DNA from: Candidatus Marinacidobacterium sp.
GTDB lineage: Bacteria; Acidobacteriota; Vicinamibacteria; Marinacidobacterales; Marinacidobacteraceae
NCBI GenBank assembly: GCA_965204755.1
Contig: OZ242011.1
Location: forward strand, 2,464,001 to 2,528,000
DNA length: 64,000 nt
Reading direction: 5' to 3'
Part shown: piece after piece, positions 32,710 to 44,200 of the stretch
How the letters are laid out: each line of letters begins with the position of its first letter
Position numbering within the stretch: position 1 is the stretch's first letter
Translations under genes and position numbers: made by a program
Notes under the pieces: model-generated
Seen by the model: the letters and a program-made list of their open reading frames with translations, nothing else
Told to the model about the DNA's origin: nothing
Databases searched by the model: none

Positions 32710-33814
32710 CCGCGCGGCGCCGCGGCGCTCCTTCCGGCCCGCGCTGCCCGCCGCCGGCGCCCTCGCGGTCCTCTGCGCTGCGGTTTCGCCGGGCTGCCGG
32801 GCCGCCGGCCAGGCCCCGCTGATCACGGTCTATGTCCCGGACATCGCGGTCTCGCTGCCGCTCCCCCAGGGCTGGACATCCGCCTCGGACCAGCAGGGCG
32901 GCTTCCGCATGACCACCTTCACCGGCCCTTCGGTGGATGTGCCGGACCGGGACGGCATCCAGGTGCAGGTCATGGCCGGCCCGGCGCCCGAGGGCTCCTC
33001 GCTCCGGGAAGTGGCCGACCGGTTCTACATCGGGGGCCAGACGGTGCTCTCCGAGCGGCCCTTCCGCTTCGGCGAAGAGGAGGGCCGGGTCTGGACCTTC
33101 GAGTTCGAGCGCCGGCCGCAGGCCGGCCGGCTGCTGCTCCTCGAGTCCGGCGGCCTCCTCTACGGGGTCTTCACCACCGGCGAGTCCCGAAGCGTCCTCG
33201 CCTACGGGCCGACCCTCGACCGGATGTACGCCGGCTTCGCCCTCGAATCCGCCGGCCATTTCGAGACCTATTCCGATCCGGTGTTCGACCTGGAGGTCCG
33301 CCACCCCCGCAGTTGGACCCGGTCCCATGTGCTCCGGGAAGCGGATTCCACGCTGTTCGTCGGCTTCCGCAGCCCGCCGCTCGCCGTGGAGGCGGCCGGG
33401 GCGACGGTGCACGCCACGCTCGAAGTGACGGTGCGCGCCGCCGAACCGGGGGCGACGCTCGAGACCTTCTACTCCGAGTCGGTGGCCGCGCTCGGCGACA
33501 ATTACCGGATGCTCCGGCACGATGTCCTGGACGAGGGCCGCGGCATCGCCGTGCTCTACTCGGTGGAGACCCAACTCGCCGACTACCTCGAGTGGGTGAT
33601 CTACAACTTCGTGGACGGGCGCGCCTACCTCTACCGCTTCCACTGCCTCAACCGGTTGTACCGGGCCATCCAGCCCTGGCTCGGCGAGATCGCCGCCGGC
33701 TTCCGGCGAGGCGGCGCCCCTCCCGCGGAGACCCTTCCCCTCCCGGACGAGCCGGAGGAGACCTTCCCGTCCGGCGGCGCCCCGGCGGCGGCCGCTCCCG
33801 GCGCCCGATCATGA
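32666..33814 (+). CDS. Hypothetical exported protein with two PsbP/DcrB-like repeats
   Basis: Signal-like segment; two similar units (SLPLPQGW...; EVRHPRSW...); start uncertain, may lie downstream of the guaB stop. Confidence 0.6.
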   Translation: MWSSPRKPRTTGWSSRAAPRRSFRPALPAAGALAVLCAAVSPGCRAAGQAPLITVYVPDIAVSLPLPQGWTSASDQQGGFRMTTFTGPSVDVPDRDGIQVQVMAGPAPEGSSLREVADRFYIGGQTVLSERPFRFGEEEGRVWTFEFERRPQAGRLLLLESGGLLYGVFTTGESRSVLAYGPTLDRMYAGFALESAGHFETYSDPVFDLEVRHPRSWTRSHVLREADSTLFVGFRSPPLAVEAAGATVHATLEVTVRAAEPGATLETFYSESVAALGDNYRMLRHDVLDEGRGIAVLYSVETQLADYLEWVIYNFVDGRAYLYRFHCLNRLYRAIQPWLGEIAAGFRRGGAPPAETLPLPDEPEETFPSGGAPAAAAPGARS

Positions 33815-36216
33815 GACCCGGCTTCCGGCGGCTCCTCTCCTTCCTGGCGGTCTCCGCCCTGTTCCTGCCGGCCGCGCTCCGGGGGGAACCGGGCCTCTCC
33901 CGGCCGGCCGGTCCGCCGCAGACCGCCCGCTCCCCGGAGCAGGCCGGAGCGGACGCGCCCCCGAACGAGGAGGCGTCCGGGCCCCGGCAGACCGGTAACG
34001 GCGCGGCCCGCGGCGGCTCGGCCGCCGGCGCCGCCGCCGCGGTCCTGGCCCTGCCGCCGCCGAAGGCGGTCTCGCCCTCCTCCGCCCAACTGCGCGGGAT
34101 GCCCCGGGAGGCCCGGGTGGCGGCGCTCGAGGCCCGCTCCTGGGAAATCCGCGCCGAGCCGGCCGGGGAGCCGATCTCGGTGGACGGCTGGCTCGACGAG
34201 GCCGCCTGGGAGCGCGCCGAGCCGGTGGGCGACTTCTACGAACGCGAGACCCGCGAGGGGCTCCCCTCCACCGAGTCCACGATCGTCCGGGTCCTCTACG
34301 ACGACGAGAACCTCTACTTCGGTTTCTACTGCACCCTGGACGACGCCGGGGAACATCGCCCGCGAACGATGTTCCGCGACGAGAACATCGCCAGCGACGA
34401 CGCGGTGGCGATCATGCTCGACGCCTACAACGACCGGCGAAGCGCCGTCTTCCTCGCGACGAACGCGAACGGCATCCTCTTCGACATGAGCCAGAACGGG
34501 CAGGGCCCGCGCACCCGCAACCTGGACTGGGACACGATCTGGGAGTCCCGCGGCCAACACCTGCCCGGCGGTTGGACCGCCGAAGTCCGCATTCCGCTGA
34601 AGTCGCTCCGCTTCCGTCCGCCGGCGCCCGGCGAACCGGCGGTCTTCGGCGTGGGCTTCAAGCGGAACATCCCGATGAAGACGGAAGAGGTGTACTGGCC
34701 CTTCGTCGGGAACGACTCCACTTGGTACCGCCCGTCCGAACTCGGGAGACTCACCGGTCTCGAGGGCATCCGTCCGGGACGCAATGTGGAGATCCGCCCG
34801 TACGGCCTGGGCTCGTTGACCGGCGGCGCCGAGTGGGAGGGGGAAGCCCGCCGCACCGACGGCGGCCTCGACCTGAAGTGGGGGATCACTCCCGGCCTCA
34901 CCGCCGACTTCACCTGGAACACCGACTTCGCGCAGGAAGAGGTGGACGACCTCCAGATCAACTTCAGCCGCTTCTCCCTCCGCTTTCCCGAGAAACGCCA
35001 GATCTTCCTGGAAGGCCAGCGCAACTTCCAGTTCGGGGAACGCCGCGACGCGGACATCGTCTTCACCCGCCGCATCGGCCTCTCCGACGACGGCGAGGCG
35101 GTCCCCATCCTCGGCGGCGGCCGCCTCTCCGGCCGGCAGGGCGCCTACACCCTGGGCCTCATGGGGATGGCGACCGCCGCCACCGGCGACCTCCCGGCGG
35201 AGCGGTTCACCGTCGCCCGGATGCGGCGCGACCTCTTTTCTCGCTCGACGGTGGGCGCGGTCTTCACCGACCGCTCGGGCGGCGGCGCCTTCAACCGGGT
35301 GGTCGGAGTGGACACCAGTCTGTTCTTCCGCGATGTCTGGACCTTCGAGGGCGTCTGGGCGCGCGTCTTCGACAGCGCAGACGGCCTGGAGACGGCCCCG
35401 GCGGAAAACCGGGGTCTGGTCAGCGGCCGCCTCTCCTACGACTCGGACCTGCTGGGCGCCACCGCCAAGTTCATCGAGATCGGCGACGGGTTCGATCCCG
35501 GAATCGGCTTCATCCGCCGGGACGCGATGCGGAAGATATACACGCGCGCCCGGATCTCGCCCCGGCCGGGCGCCGCCTGGCTCCGGCAAGTGCACCTCGA
35601 GGCCAACATGCAGCGGATCACGGACTTGCAGAACGAGCCGGAAACCCGCCGGGTGAACCTCCAGGGCCGCGCCACGCTGGAGAGCGGCGACGAATTCTCG
35701 GTGGAGGTCAGCGACATGCACGAGAGGACCGCCTACGACTACACGCTGAACGAGGTGCTCGTACCCGCCGGCGACTACCTCTTCCGCCGATACCAGTTCT
35801 CCTTCAACACCTACTACCGCCGCTACGCCTCGATGCGCGCCAGTTACGAGGCCGGCGGTTTCTGGGGAGGCGAGCGCGACATCTGGTCGTTCGGCGGCAA
35901 CTACCGGGTGAACCGCAACTTCGGCCTGGACGGCAACTATTCCTACAACCGCGTGCGGCTGCCGCTCGGCGACTTCGACACCCACCTGGTCTCCACCCGG
36001 ATGCGGCTCGCCTTCCGCAACGACCTGGTGCTCCTGGGTTTGTTCCAGTACAACCAGGCGACGGGCGACCTGGCATCCAATGTGAGGTTCCACTGGATCC
36101 CCAAGCCGGGCGCGGATGTCTTCGTGGTCTATACCGAGTTGGACGAGTGGGCCGAGGTCTTCTTCGCCAAGAACCGCAGCCTCTCGGTGAAGTTGAACTA
36201 CCTGTTCCGACTTTGA
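33811..36216 (+). CDS. CBM9-like + DUF5916 outer-membrane protein
   Basis: ISVDGWLDEAAW, VLYDDENLYF, WTAEVRIP..SLRF, NTDFAQEEVD, FPEKRQIFLEG, C-terminal KLNYLFRL; start ATG 33811 overlaps the upstream stop. Confidence 0.85.
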   Translation: MRPGFRRLLSFLAVSALFLPAALRGEPGLSRPAGPPQTARSPEQAGADAPPNEEASGPRQTGNGAARGGSAAGAAAAVLALPPPKAVSPSSAQLRGMPREARVAALEARSWEIRAEPAGEPISVDGWLDEAAWERAEPVGDFYERETREGLPSTESTIVRVLYDDENLYFGFYCTLDDAGEHRPRTMFRDENIASDDAVAIMLDAYNDRRSAVFLATNANGILFDMSQNGQGPRTRNLDWDTIWESRGQHLPGGWTAEVRIPLKSLRFRPPAPGEPAVFGVGFKRNIPMKTEEVYWPFVGNDSTWYRPSELGRLTGLEGIRPGRNVEIRPYGLGSLTGGAEWEGEARRTDGGLDLKWGITPGLTADFTWNTDFAQEEVDDLQINFSRFSLRFPEKRQIFLEGQRNFQFGERRDADIVFTRRIGLSDDGEAVPILGGGRLSGRQGAYTLGLMGMATAATGDLPAERFTVARMRRDLFSRSTVGAVFTDRSGGGAFNRVVGVDTSLFFRDVWTFEGVWARVFDSADGLETAPAENRGLVSGRLSYDSDLLGATAKFIEIGDGFDPGIGFIRRDAMRKIYTRARISPRPGAAWLRQVHLEANMQRITDLQNEPETRRVNLQGRATLESGDEFSVEVSDMHERTAYDYTLNEVLVPAGDYLFRRYQFSFNTYYRRYASMRASYEAGGFWGGERDIWSFGGNYRVNRNFGLDGNYSYNRVRLPLGDFDTHLVSTRMRLAFRNDLVLLGLFQYNQATGDLASNVRFHWIPKPGADVFVVYTELDEWAEVFFAKNRSLSVKLNYLFRL

Positions 36217-36299
36217 TCCCGGAACCGGCGCCGGGTGTCGTCGGACGCCGCCGCTCTCCGCTCCCGCCGGGAACGCGGCTTGCATCGTTCGGAGGCGCC

Positions 36300-38342
36300 A
36301 TGTCGAAAACCGCACCGTCTTCCCCGTTCGCTCCCTTTCCCTCCCGGCGCCGCCGGTCACCGGCTTCGCTTCCGCCGCGCCGCCGCCTCCCGCTCCGGGC
36401 GGCCCCGGCCGCCCTCGCGGCGCTGACCGCGGCGTTCCTCGCGCCCGCGACGGAAGCGGCGGCCCAAGGGTTCCGCTTCCGCGCGGAGGCCACGCGCGTG
36501 CTGGTGGATGTGCTCGTGCTCGACGGTGACGGAAACCCCGTTCCCGGGCTCGGCGTGTCCGACTTCGTTCTGCTCGAAGACGGCGAGTCCCAGCAGGTGG
36601 CGAGCGTCGAAGTCGTGGACTGGGAGCGCTACACGGTTTCCGACGAAGCGGCCCCGGAAGGAACTCCGGGCGCCCCGGCGCCGGTGGCCGCGGCGGAAGC
36701 CGACCTCGCGGCGGCGGCGAGCGAGACCCCCCGCCGTTTCGTGATCGTCTTCAACCGCCGGCGAGCCGACCCGGTGAACCTGCGCCGGGCGAAGCGCGGC
36801 CTCGAGGAGTTCGTAACGAACCACATGGTGGACGGCGACGAGACGATGCTCATCGAGTTCGCGAACACCGTCCGCGTCCTCCAGGAGTTCTCCTCCGGGA
36901 AACAGGAGACGCTGGCCTCGGTCCGGCGCATCGTTCCCGGCACTTACGAGAGCCCCGTCGGGCCGGAGATGGACGCCCGCGAGTCGTTCGAAATGCTCTA
37001 CGCGCTCTCCGAGGCGCTCGAACCGGTGGACGGCCGCAAGATCGTGGTGCTCTTCTCCATCGGCCTCGACACCTTCGCCGATCCCCGCGCCCGCATCGAT
37101 ACCTCCGCCGGAGAGGCGGTCGAGGAGTTCCCCGGGCGTAACCAACTCGACGAGTCGAACTCCCTGTTCGCCGCCATCCGCCAGTTGAACCACGCGAACG
37201 CCACCCTCTACACCGTGGATCTCGAAGGCGTGTACGGCAACGAGAACCGGATCCTGACCGCCAGCCTGAACGAGTTCGATGTGTTAGGGAACGAACTCCC
37301 CATCGAGCCGGACGACCCCCTCGCCCGGATGGAGATGGCGGCGAACATCCCCGCCGAAGGCGGCGCCGCCTCGCTCGCCATCGCCACCGGCGGGGAGTAC
37401 TACGCAAACACCACGAACTTCGCCGTTCCGCTCGGCCGCATCGGCCGCCAGAACGAGTTGTACTACCTGCTGAGTTTCTCGCCGCGGAACACCGAACTCG
37501 ACGGCTCCTACCGCGAGATCGAAGTGCGCGTGGAAGGCCGCCCCGACTACCGGGTGGTCGCCCGCCCCGGCTACTTCGCGCGGGAGCGGAGGGGCGCGGC
37601 GCCGGCACCGGAGACCGTCGCCCGAGGCGAGCACGGCTACGCCCTGCCGGAGAACCTCCACACTTACGCCTACCTGCTGAACGCCGTTCCGGGCGGCGCT
37701 TTCGCGGCGCTCCACGCCGCCCTGCCGGAAACCGGCATCGGGGAAGACGCGGAGTTGGGTCTGCGGGTGCTCGACGCCGGGGGCGCGGTCCTCGCCGAGG
37801 CCGGGGGCCGGGTGGACCGGGAGCGGTTCTGGGTCTCCGGCGCGGCGCCGCTGCCCGCCGGTGAACACCGCCTGGAGATCCTGGTCGGCGACGGCGGAGG
37901 CGCACCGGGCGGCAGCCTCCGTTCGGCCTCGATCATGCTCACCGTTCCGGCGGACTACGGCGCCTCGTTTTCGGTGTCCAGCGTCTTCCCGTTCGTCGCC
38001 GAGTCCGAGGGGCAGGGCCCCGGCCCGCCGGTACGCCCGATCGCCTCCTTCGCCGCCGGCGAGGCGGCTCGCGTGGGCCTCTTCGTGTTTCCCGGCCGCG
38101 AGGACCCGGCGGCCGGCGTCCGCGTCTCCTACGAAGTGCGGAACGAACGCGGCGAAGTCGTCGTCGAGGCGGAGCGCCCCGACCTGTTCCCGCTCGACCC
38201 CGCGCGGGCGGACGGCATCCCGCTCCTCCTGGGAGTGGACACCTCCGGGCTCGGCGGCGCGCGATACACCCTGCTCGTCCGGGTAACGGAAGCCGGCGGG
38301 GAACGCACCGCCGCCTCGGAACTCGAATTCCAGATCCGCTGA
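36300..38342 (+). CDS. VWA-domain protein (Acidobacterial VWFA-related), copy 1
   Basis: RBS GGAGG; FRAEATRVLVDVLVLD.DGNPVPGL..SDF, GRKIVVLFS, LAIATGG, YYLLSF, VVARPGYFA. Confidence 0.85.
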   Translation: MSKTAPSSPFAPFPSRRRRSPASLPPRRRLPLRAAPAALAALTAAFLAPATEAAAQGFRFRAEATRVLVDVLVLDGDGNPVPGLGVSDFVLLEDGESQQVASVEVVDWERYTVSDEAAPEGTPGAPAPVAAAEADLAAAASETPRRFVIVFNRRRADPVNLRRAKRGLEEFVTNHMVDGDETMLIEFANTVRVLQEFSSGKQETLASVRRIVPGTYESPVGPEMDARESFEMLYALSEALEPVDGRKIVVLFSIGLDTFADPRARIDTSAGEAVEEFPGRNQLDESNSLFAAIRQLNHANATLYTVDLEGVYGNENRILTASLNEFDVLGNELPIEPDDPLARMEMAANIPAEGGAASLAIATGGEYYANTTNFAVPLGRIGRQNELYYLLSFSPRNTELDGSYREIEVRVEGRPDYRVVARPGYFARERRGAAPAPETVARGEHGYALPENLHTYAYLLNAVPGGAFAALHAALPETGIGEDAELGLRVLDAGGAVLAEAGGRVDRERFWVSGAAPLPAGEHRLEILVGDGGGAPGGSLRSASIMLTVPADYGASFSVSSVFPFVAESEGQGPGPPVRPIASFAAGEAARVGLFVFPGREDPAAGVRVSYEVRNERGEVVVEAERPDLFPLDPARADGIPLLLGVDTSGLGGARYTLLVRVTEAGGERTAASELEFQIR

Positions 38343-38383
38343 CCCTCCGGGGGCAGCGGGTCCGGTCACCGGGCAGCGTCGAG

Positions 38384-40288
38384 ATGCGGGCTTCCACCGC
38401 GGGCCGCCGCCGGCGCGGGTCGGCCGCCCTCTTCGCCGCGCTGTCGTTCCTCGCGGTTGCGGCGCCCGCGGCGGGGCAGGGGTTCCGCTTCCGCGCCGAC
38501 GCCACGCGGGTGTTGGTGGACGCGCTGGTCCTCGATGCGGCGGGCGATCCGATCCCGGGGCTCCGCGCGGCCGATTTCCGCCTGTTCGAGGACGGCGCGG
38601 AGCAGCGGATCGCCTCCGTCGAAGTCGTCGGCGCCGGCCCCCCGTTCGCGCCCGGTTCGGGCCCGCTTCCGAGCGCGGCGACGGATCGGTCCGCTGCGGA
38701 TCGAGGCCCGACTCCCCGCCGCTTCGTGATCGTCTTCAACCGGCGCCAGGCGGACCCGGTGAGACTCCGCCGGGCCAAGCGCGGCCTGCTGGAGTTCCTG
38801 GAGAACGACGCGCGGCCGGACGACGAGACCATGATCCTCGACCTCGGCGCCTCGCTCCGGGTGCTCCGGGAGTTGGGAACCGGCAAGGAGGAGGCGCTCG
38901 CGGCCGCGCGCCGGATCGTCCCCGGCGGCATCTCCACCGCGGTCGGCGGCGGCCGCGACGCCCGCGACTCGTTCCGCCTGATCGCCGCCCTCGGCGACGC
39001 CCTCGAGCCCCTGGACGGCCGCAAGATCGTGGTCCTCTTCTCGGTGGGCCTCGAAGCCTTCGCCGGCCCGGGCGCGCGCGGCCCGTTCGGCCGCCGCCGC
39101 TTCGGGGAGGGGAACGCGCTGTTCGCCGCGATCCGCCAGTTGAACCACGCGAACGCCACGCTCTACGCGGTGGACCTCGAAGGGGTCTTCGGCAACGAAG
39201 ACTTCATCCTCAAGGCCCATCCGGACGGCCCGAGTGATTCCTTCGCCGATCCCTCCTTCGTGTCCACCGCGGACGCGAACTTCCCCGGCGGCGACCCGAT
39301 GGGCGGCGACGCCGCCTCGCTCGCCGTCTCCACCGGCGGCGAGTACTACCCGAACTCCACGAACTTCGCCGTCCCGCTCGCCCGCATCGCCCGCCAGAAC
39401 TCGCTCTACTACCTGCTCACCTACTCCCCCGAGCGCGCCGAACTCGACGACTCCTACCGCCGCCTGGAGGTGCGGGTCCCCGGCCGCCGGGGCGCGCGGG
39501 TGGTCTCGCGCCCCGGCTACTTCGCCCGGGAGCGGCGCGGCGCCTCCCCCGCGAAGGCTGTCTCCCGCGGCGACCACGGATACGCCCTGCCGGAGAGTCT
39601 CCATACCTACGCCTACCTGCTCTACGCCGTCCCCGGCGGGGCGTTCGCGGCCCTCCACGCGGCCCTTCCGGAGTCCCGGCTGGCCGAACCCGGCGAGGCG
39701 TCCCTCCGGGTGCTGGATTCCGGGGGCGGGGTTCTCGCCGCGTCCGACGGCCCGGTGGACCGGCGCCGCTTCTGGGTCTCCGGCGCCGCGCCGCTTCCGG
39801 CCGGCGAGCATCGCTTCGAGGTCTCGGCGGCCCCCGGCGACGGCGGGCCGGCGGACGGTCTTCTCCGCCCGGTCTCGACCGAACTCGTCGTCCCGGCGGA
39901 CTACGGCGGCGCCTTCTCCCTGTCGAGCGTCTTTCCCTTCGCGGCGGAGTCCGACGCCGCCGGCGCCGGCCCCCCGGTGCGCCCGGTCGCCGCGTTCGCC
40001 GCCGGCGAGCCGGCTCGATTCGGGTTCTTCGCCTTCCCCGGCCGCCGCGACCCGCCGGAGCGGGTTCGGCTGTCCTACCGGGTCCGCGGCGAACGGGGCG
40101 AGATGGTGGTCGAGGCGGATCGCCCGGGGCTCGTCACCCTCGACCCGGCCCGGCTCGAAGGCGTCCCGCTCCGGTTGGAGGTGGACACCGCCGGCTGGGT
40201 CGCCGCCCGCTACACGCTGGTCGTTCGGGTTGCGGAAGCGGACGGCCCGCGCGCCGCCGCCTCGGAACTCGACTTCGAGGTCCGCTGA
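38384..40288 (+). CDS. VWA-domain protein, tandem paralog copy 2
   Basis: Same motif series; long near-identical blocks with copy 1 (e.g. LFAAIRQLNHANATLY, AVPGGAFAALHAALPE). Confidence 0.85.
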   Translation: MRASTAGRRRRGSAALFAALSFLAVAAPAAGQGFRFRADATRVLVDALVLDAAGDPIPGLRAADFRLFEDGAEQRIASVEVVGAGPPFAPGSGPLPSAATDRSAADRGPTPRRFVIVFNRRQADPVRLRRAKRGLLEFLENDARPDDETMILDLGASLRVLRELGTGKEEALAAARRIVPGGISTAVGGGRDARDSFRLIAALGDALEPLDGRKIVVLFSVGLEAFAGPGARGPFGRRRFGEGNALFAAIRQLNHANATLYAVDLEGVFGNEDFILKAHPDGPSDSFADPSFVSTADANFPGGDPMGGDAASLAVSTGGEYYPNSTNFAVPLARIARQNSLYYLLTYSPERAELDDSYRRLEVRVPGRRGARVVSRPGYFARERRGASPAKAVSRGDHGYALPESLHTYAYLLYAVPGGAFAALHAALPESRLAEPGEASLRVLDSGGGVLAASDGPVDRRRFWVSGAAPLPAGEHRFEVSAAPGDGGPADGLLRPVSTELVVPADYGGAFSLSSVFPFAAESDAAGAGPPVRPVAAFAAGEPARFGFFAFPGRRDPPERVRLSYRVRGERGEMVVEADRPGLVTLDPARLEGVPLRLEVDTAGWVAARYTLVVRVAEADGPRAAASELDFEVR

Positions 40289-40335
40289 CTCCTGCCGGCG
40301 GAGACCTTCGAGCGCGTCCCTCCCGGGAATTGCCG

Positions 40336-41064
40336 ATGATCCTCCTCACGCCGCTCTCCCTCCTGGCCGCCCCGGTCTTCCTCGCTCCCGCCGCGCAGCC
40401 GGACGGCTACACCGTCCGCCACTCGACGGCGTCCCCGGCGGCGCTTCTCGCCGCCGGCGCTCCGGAGTGGGACTCCGCCGACGCCGTCGCTTGGGGGCCG
40501 CCGCCCTACGAGACCCGGTTCCGGGCGCTCTGGAGCGGCGCCGGCCTCCACCTGAGGTTCGACGCCGCCGACGACGCCCCCTGGCACACGATGACCCGCC
40601 GCGACGCCCCGATCTGGGAGGAGGAGGCGGTGGAGATCTTCCTCGACTCCGAGGACGACGGCCGCTACCTCGAAGTGGAACTCAGCCCGGCGAATGTGGT
40701 CTGCGACCTCCGCCGCGCCGCCCCGGGATCGGCCGCGGCGGACCCCATCCCGGTTCCTTCGGGCGTCATGGACCGCGGATTCGATGTCGCCGGCCTGGAG
40801 ACCGCCGCCGTCCGCACCGCCGCCGGCTGGACCGGGACCCTGTTCCTCCCTTGGGCCGGCCTCGGCCGTTCGGGCCCGCCCCCGCCGGGGACCGCGCTCC
40901 CCTTCAATGTCTTCCGGATCAAGCGCCCCGGCGGCCCGGAGGCCCCGGCGGAGGGAGCGATCTTCGCCGCCTGGGCCGACACCGGAAGCCCGAGTTTCCA
41001 TGTCCCGGAGGCCTTCCGCCCGATGCGCTTCGCCGCGCCCCCGCCTTCCGCCCGGCCCGACTGA
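40336..41064 (+). CDS. CBM9-like (DOMON-type) carbohydrate-binding protein
   Basis: TRFRALWS, RDAPIWEEEAVEIFLD, YLEVELSP.N, NVFRIK, SFHVPEAF. Confidence 0.8.
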   Translation: MILLTPLSLLAAPVFLAPAAQPDGYTVRHSTASPAALLAAGAPEWDSADAVAWGPPPYETRFRALWSGAGLHLRFDAADDAPWHTMTRRDAPIWEEEAVEIFLDSEDDGRYLEVELSPANVVCDLRRAAPGSAAADPIPVPSGVMDRGFDVAGLETAAVRTAAGWTGTLFLPWAGLGRSGPPPPGTALPFNVFRIKRPGGPEAPAEGAIFAAWADTGSPSFHVPEAFRPMRFAAPPPSARPD

Positions 41065-41228
41065 CCGGGACGCGGTTCGGCCGGCCTCGGGCGCCGCTTG
41101 GTCCTTCGGGTCGCGGCGCGAGCGGATATAGCCTCCCTTTTCCCCGAAACCGCGGGCGCGGTCCGGCCCTCCCCGGCCGCCGCGCTCCGCTGTCCCCGCC
41201 TTCCCCCTTCACCGGGAAACCCTTCCGT

Positions 41229-44200
41229 ATGCCGCCGACCCTTCTTCGCTTCCCCTTCGCTTCCCCTGCGGCCGCCGCACTTGTCCTTGCGGCCCTCGCC
41301 GCGCCGGCCGCGGCGCAGGACGAGCCGGAGCGGGTGCGGGTCCGGGAAGGGGAACTGACGCTCCCGACCTACGACCTCCTTCCCGACGACCCGAATCCGC
41401 AGTTTCGGGAGACCGACGGCTCGATCGTCTATCCCTACACGATGCAGGACAACCTGGGTTCGGAGCGCCGTCCCCGGGTCTGGCGCGCCTTCTTCCTAGA
41501 GAACGAGTACTTGGAGGTCGCCTGCCTCCCCGAGATCGGCGGGCGCATCCAGTGGGTGCTCGACAAGCGGCGGAACGAACAGATGTTCTACGACAACCGG
41601 GTCATCCGCCCCGGCCTCATCGCGCTCCGGGGCGCCTGGGTCTCCGGCGGGATCGAGTGGAACCGCGGGCCGCAGGGACACACCGTCACCAGTTACTCGC
41701 CGGTGAATGTGACCGGCGTCGAGAACGCGGACGGCTCCGCCACCTTGGTCATCGGCGAGGTGGAGCAGACCTTCCGCACCGGCTGGGAGGTGCGCCTTAC
41801 GCTCCGTCCGGGCGTGGCCCGGCTGGACGAGGCCATCCGGCTGTTCAACCCGACGCCGCTTCCGCATCCCTACTACTTCTGGAACAACACCGCCTTCCCC
41901 CAGCGGCCCGGCACCCGGTTCATCTACCCGATGTCCCTGGCCAGCGACCACTTCGGCACGACCTTCTACCGCTGGCCGGAGAACGACGGCGTGGATCTCA
42001 CCCGGCTGCCGAACTACCCGGAACCCACTTCCATCTTCGCCTACCGCTCGGTGGCGGACTTCTTCGGGGCCTACGACTCCGGAACCGACCGCGGCATCGT
42101 CCAGACCGCCGACCACCGGGAACTCCCGGGGAAGAAGGGGTGGACCTGGGGGCAGGGGGACGACGGCGCGGTGAACCAGCGGGCGCTCACCGACGAGGAC
42201 GGCCCCTACATCGAAGTCCAGAGCGGGCCGCTGCCCACCCAGTCGGACTACGCCTGGCTCCATCCGGGCCAGACCGTCTCCTGGGAGGAGCAGTGGACCC
42301 CGGTCTTCGGACTCGGCGAGGGCTTCGAGTACGCGACGCAGGACCTGGTGGTGGAGCGGGTGTCCGGCGCCGGCGGCAACCGGTTCCTCTTCCTCGCGTC
42401 CCGGGCGCTCCCCGGCGCCGCGATCACCTTGGGGAGCGGGGACGCGGCGGAAACGCGCCGGGCGGACCTGACTCCGGAATCCGTCTTCGCGTTTTCGACT
42501 GCCGAGGGAGGGTCGGGCTTCTCCGCCCGGCCCGGCGAACCGGTGGAAGTCGAGGTCTCCTGGCGCGGCGAGACCGTCCTCGCGTACCGCTCGCCGCTCC
42601 GGGTTCCGGTCGAGGAGCCGCCGCCGCTGCCGGAGCCGGTCGAGCCGGCGACCGCGGAAGCCGCCTTCGCCGCCGGGGAACGCGCCGACAAGGCGCTCGA
42701 CCGCGCCGCGGCCCGCGACTTCTACGAACGCGCCCTCGCCTTCGCGCCCGACCACGCGGACGCCGCAGTGGCCTCGGCGGTCCTCGACCTGAAGGCGGCG
42801 CGTTTCGAGGAGGCCGCGGATCGCTTGGCGGCGGTCGCCGAGGCGGACCCGGAACACGGCCGCGCCCGGTTCCTCCACGGCGTGGCCCGCTTCCAACTCG
42901 ACGACTTCCCCGGCGCGCTGGACTCGGCGATGCTCGCCACCCGCCTCGCCGGGGTGGAGGCGGTCGCCTGGCGGCTGGCCGGCCGCGCCCGGATGCGTCT
43001 CGGCGAGCCGCGCCGCGCCGCGGCGGCCTTCGCCCGGGCGGAAACGGCCGGCGACCGCCCCCGAAGCGCCGAACTCCGCCACTTCGCCCTCTTCGCCGCC
43101 GGCGACCGGGAGGCGGCCGCCGCCTGGGCCGACGAGCGGATCGCCGCCGGAACGATCCGCCTGGCCCCTTGGGCCCTCCGCCTGCTCACCGCCGACGACG
43201 CCGAGCGCCGCGCCGCCGCCGCCCGCTCGCTTTCGGCGCTGGCGGGCGAGCCCGACTACGCGGTCACCGAACTCCTGACCGGTCTCGCCTCGCTGGATCT
43301 CGCCGACTCCGCGCTCGACCTGCTGGAGTCGCTCCGCGCCGAGGGGTTCGCTCCGAGTCCGACCCTCTGGTTCCACGCCGCCGCCTGGGCGGACACCCCC
43401 GACGACCGCGACCGCTTCCTCGACCAGGCTCTCGACGCGCCGCTCGAGCATGTGTTCCCGTCGCGACCGGAGTCGCTGCCCGTCCTTCGCGCCGCGGCGG
43501 ACCGCCGCCCGGCCGCCGCCGCCCCCCGCCTCCTTCTCGGCCACCTGCTCGGCGCCCTCGGCCGTTACGAGGAAGCCGCGGTCGCCTGGGAGGCCGCCGC
43601 ACACCTCGATCCCGGCCTCTCCACCGCCCACCGCTCGCTGGCGATGTTCCACTGGAAGATCGAGGACCGCCCGGCGGCCGCCGAGCGCCGCTTCCGCCTG
43701 GCCCGGGCCGCCCGACCGGACGACCAGACTCTCGCCCGCGACCTCGCCCGCCTCCTGCTGGCGTCCGGCCGCCCGGCCGCCGCCGCGGAGGCCTTGGCCC
43801 CGTTCCGCTCCGGCGTTCGCCGCCGGCACGATGTGACCATCGAACTGGCCCGCGCCCTGAACGCCACCGGCCGGTTCGACGAGACGGTCGCGATGCTCGA
43901 CGCCGCCGAAGTGAACTTCCGCGAAGGCGACGCCACGATCTGGCGCCTGTTCTCCGAGGCCCACATCGAACTCGGCCGCCGCGCCCTCGCAGAGTCCGAC
44001 CCCGCCGCCGCCCTCACCCACTTCGACCGGGCGCTCACCTATCCGGAGAGCCTCGGCGTGGGCCGCCCCCACCGCCCCGCCGAGGCCCGCGCCCGGTGGT
44101 TCCGCGCCGAAGCCCTCCGCGCCCTCGGCCGCGACAGCGATGCCGCCGCCGCCCTCGCCGCCTGCTCCGAGGGCCACGAGTTCCCGGCCGGCCCGTTCGC

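Noticed and set aside
39234-41228. N-terminal 665 aa of the 1670-aa ORF (similarly the upstream parts of ORFs 34572, 33313, 47661, 51696, 58119 and 63865)
   Set aside because: They overlap other real genes; true starts were reassigned downstream
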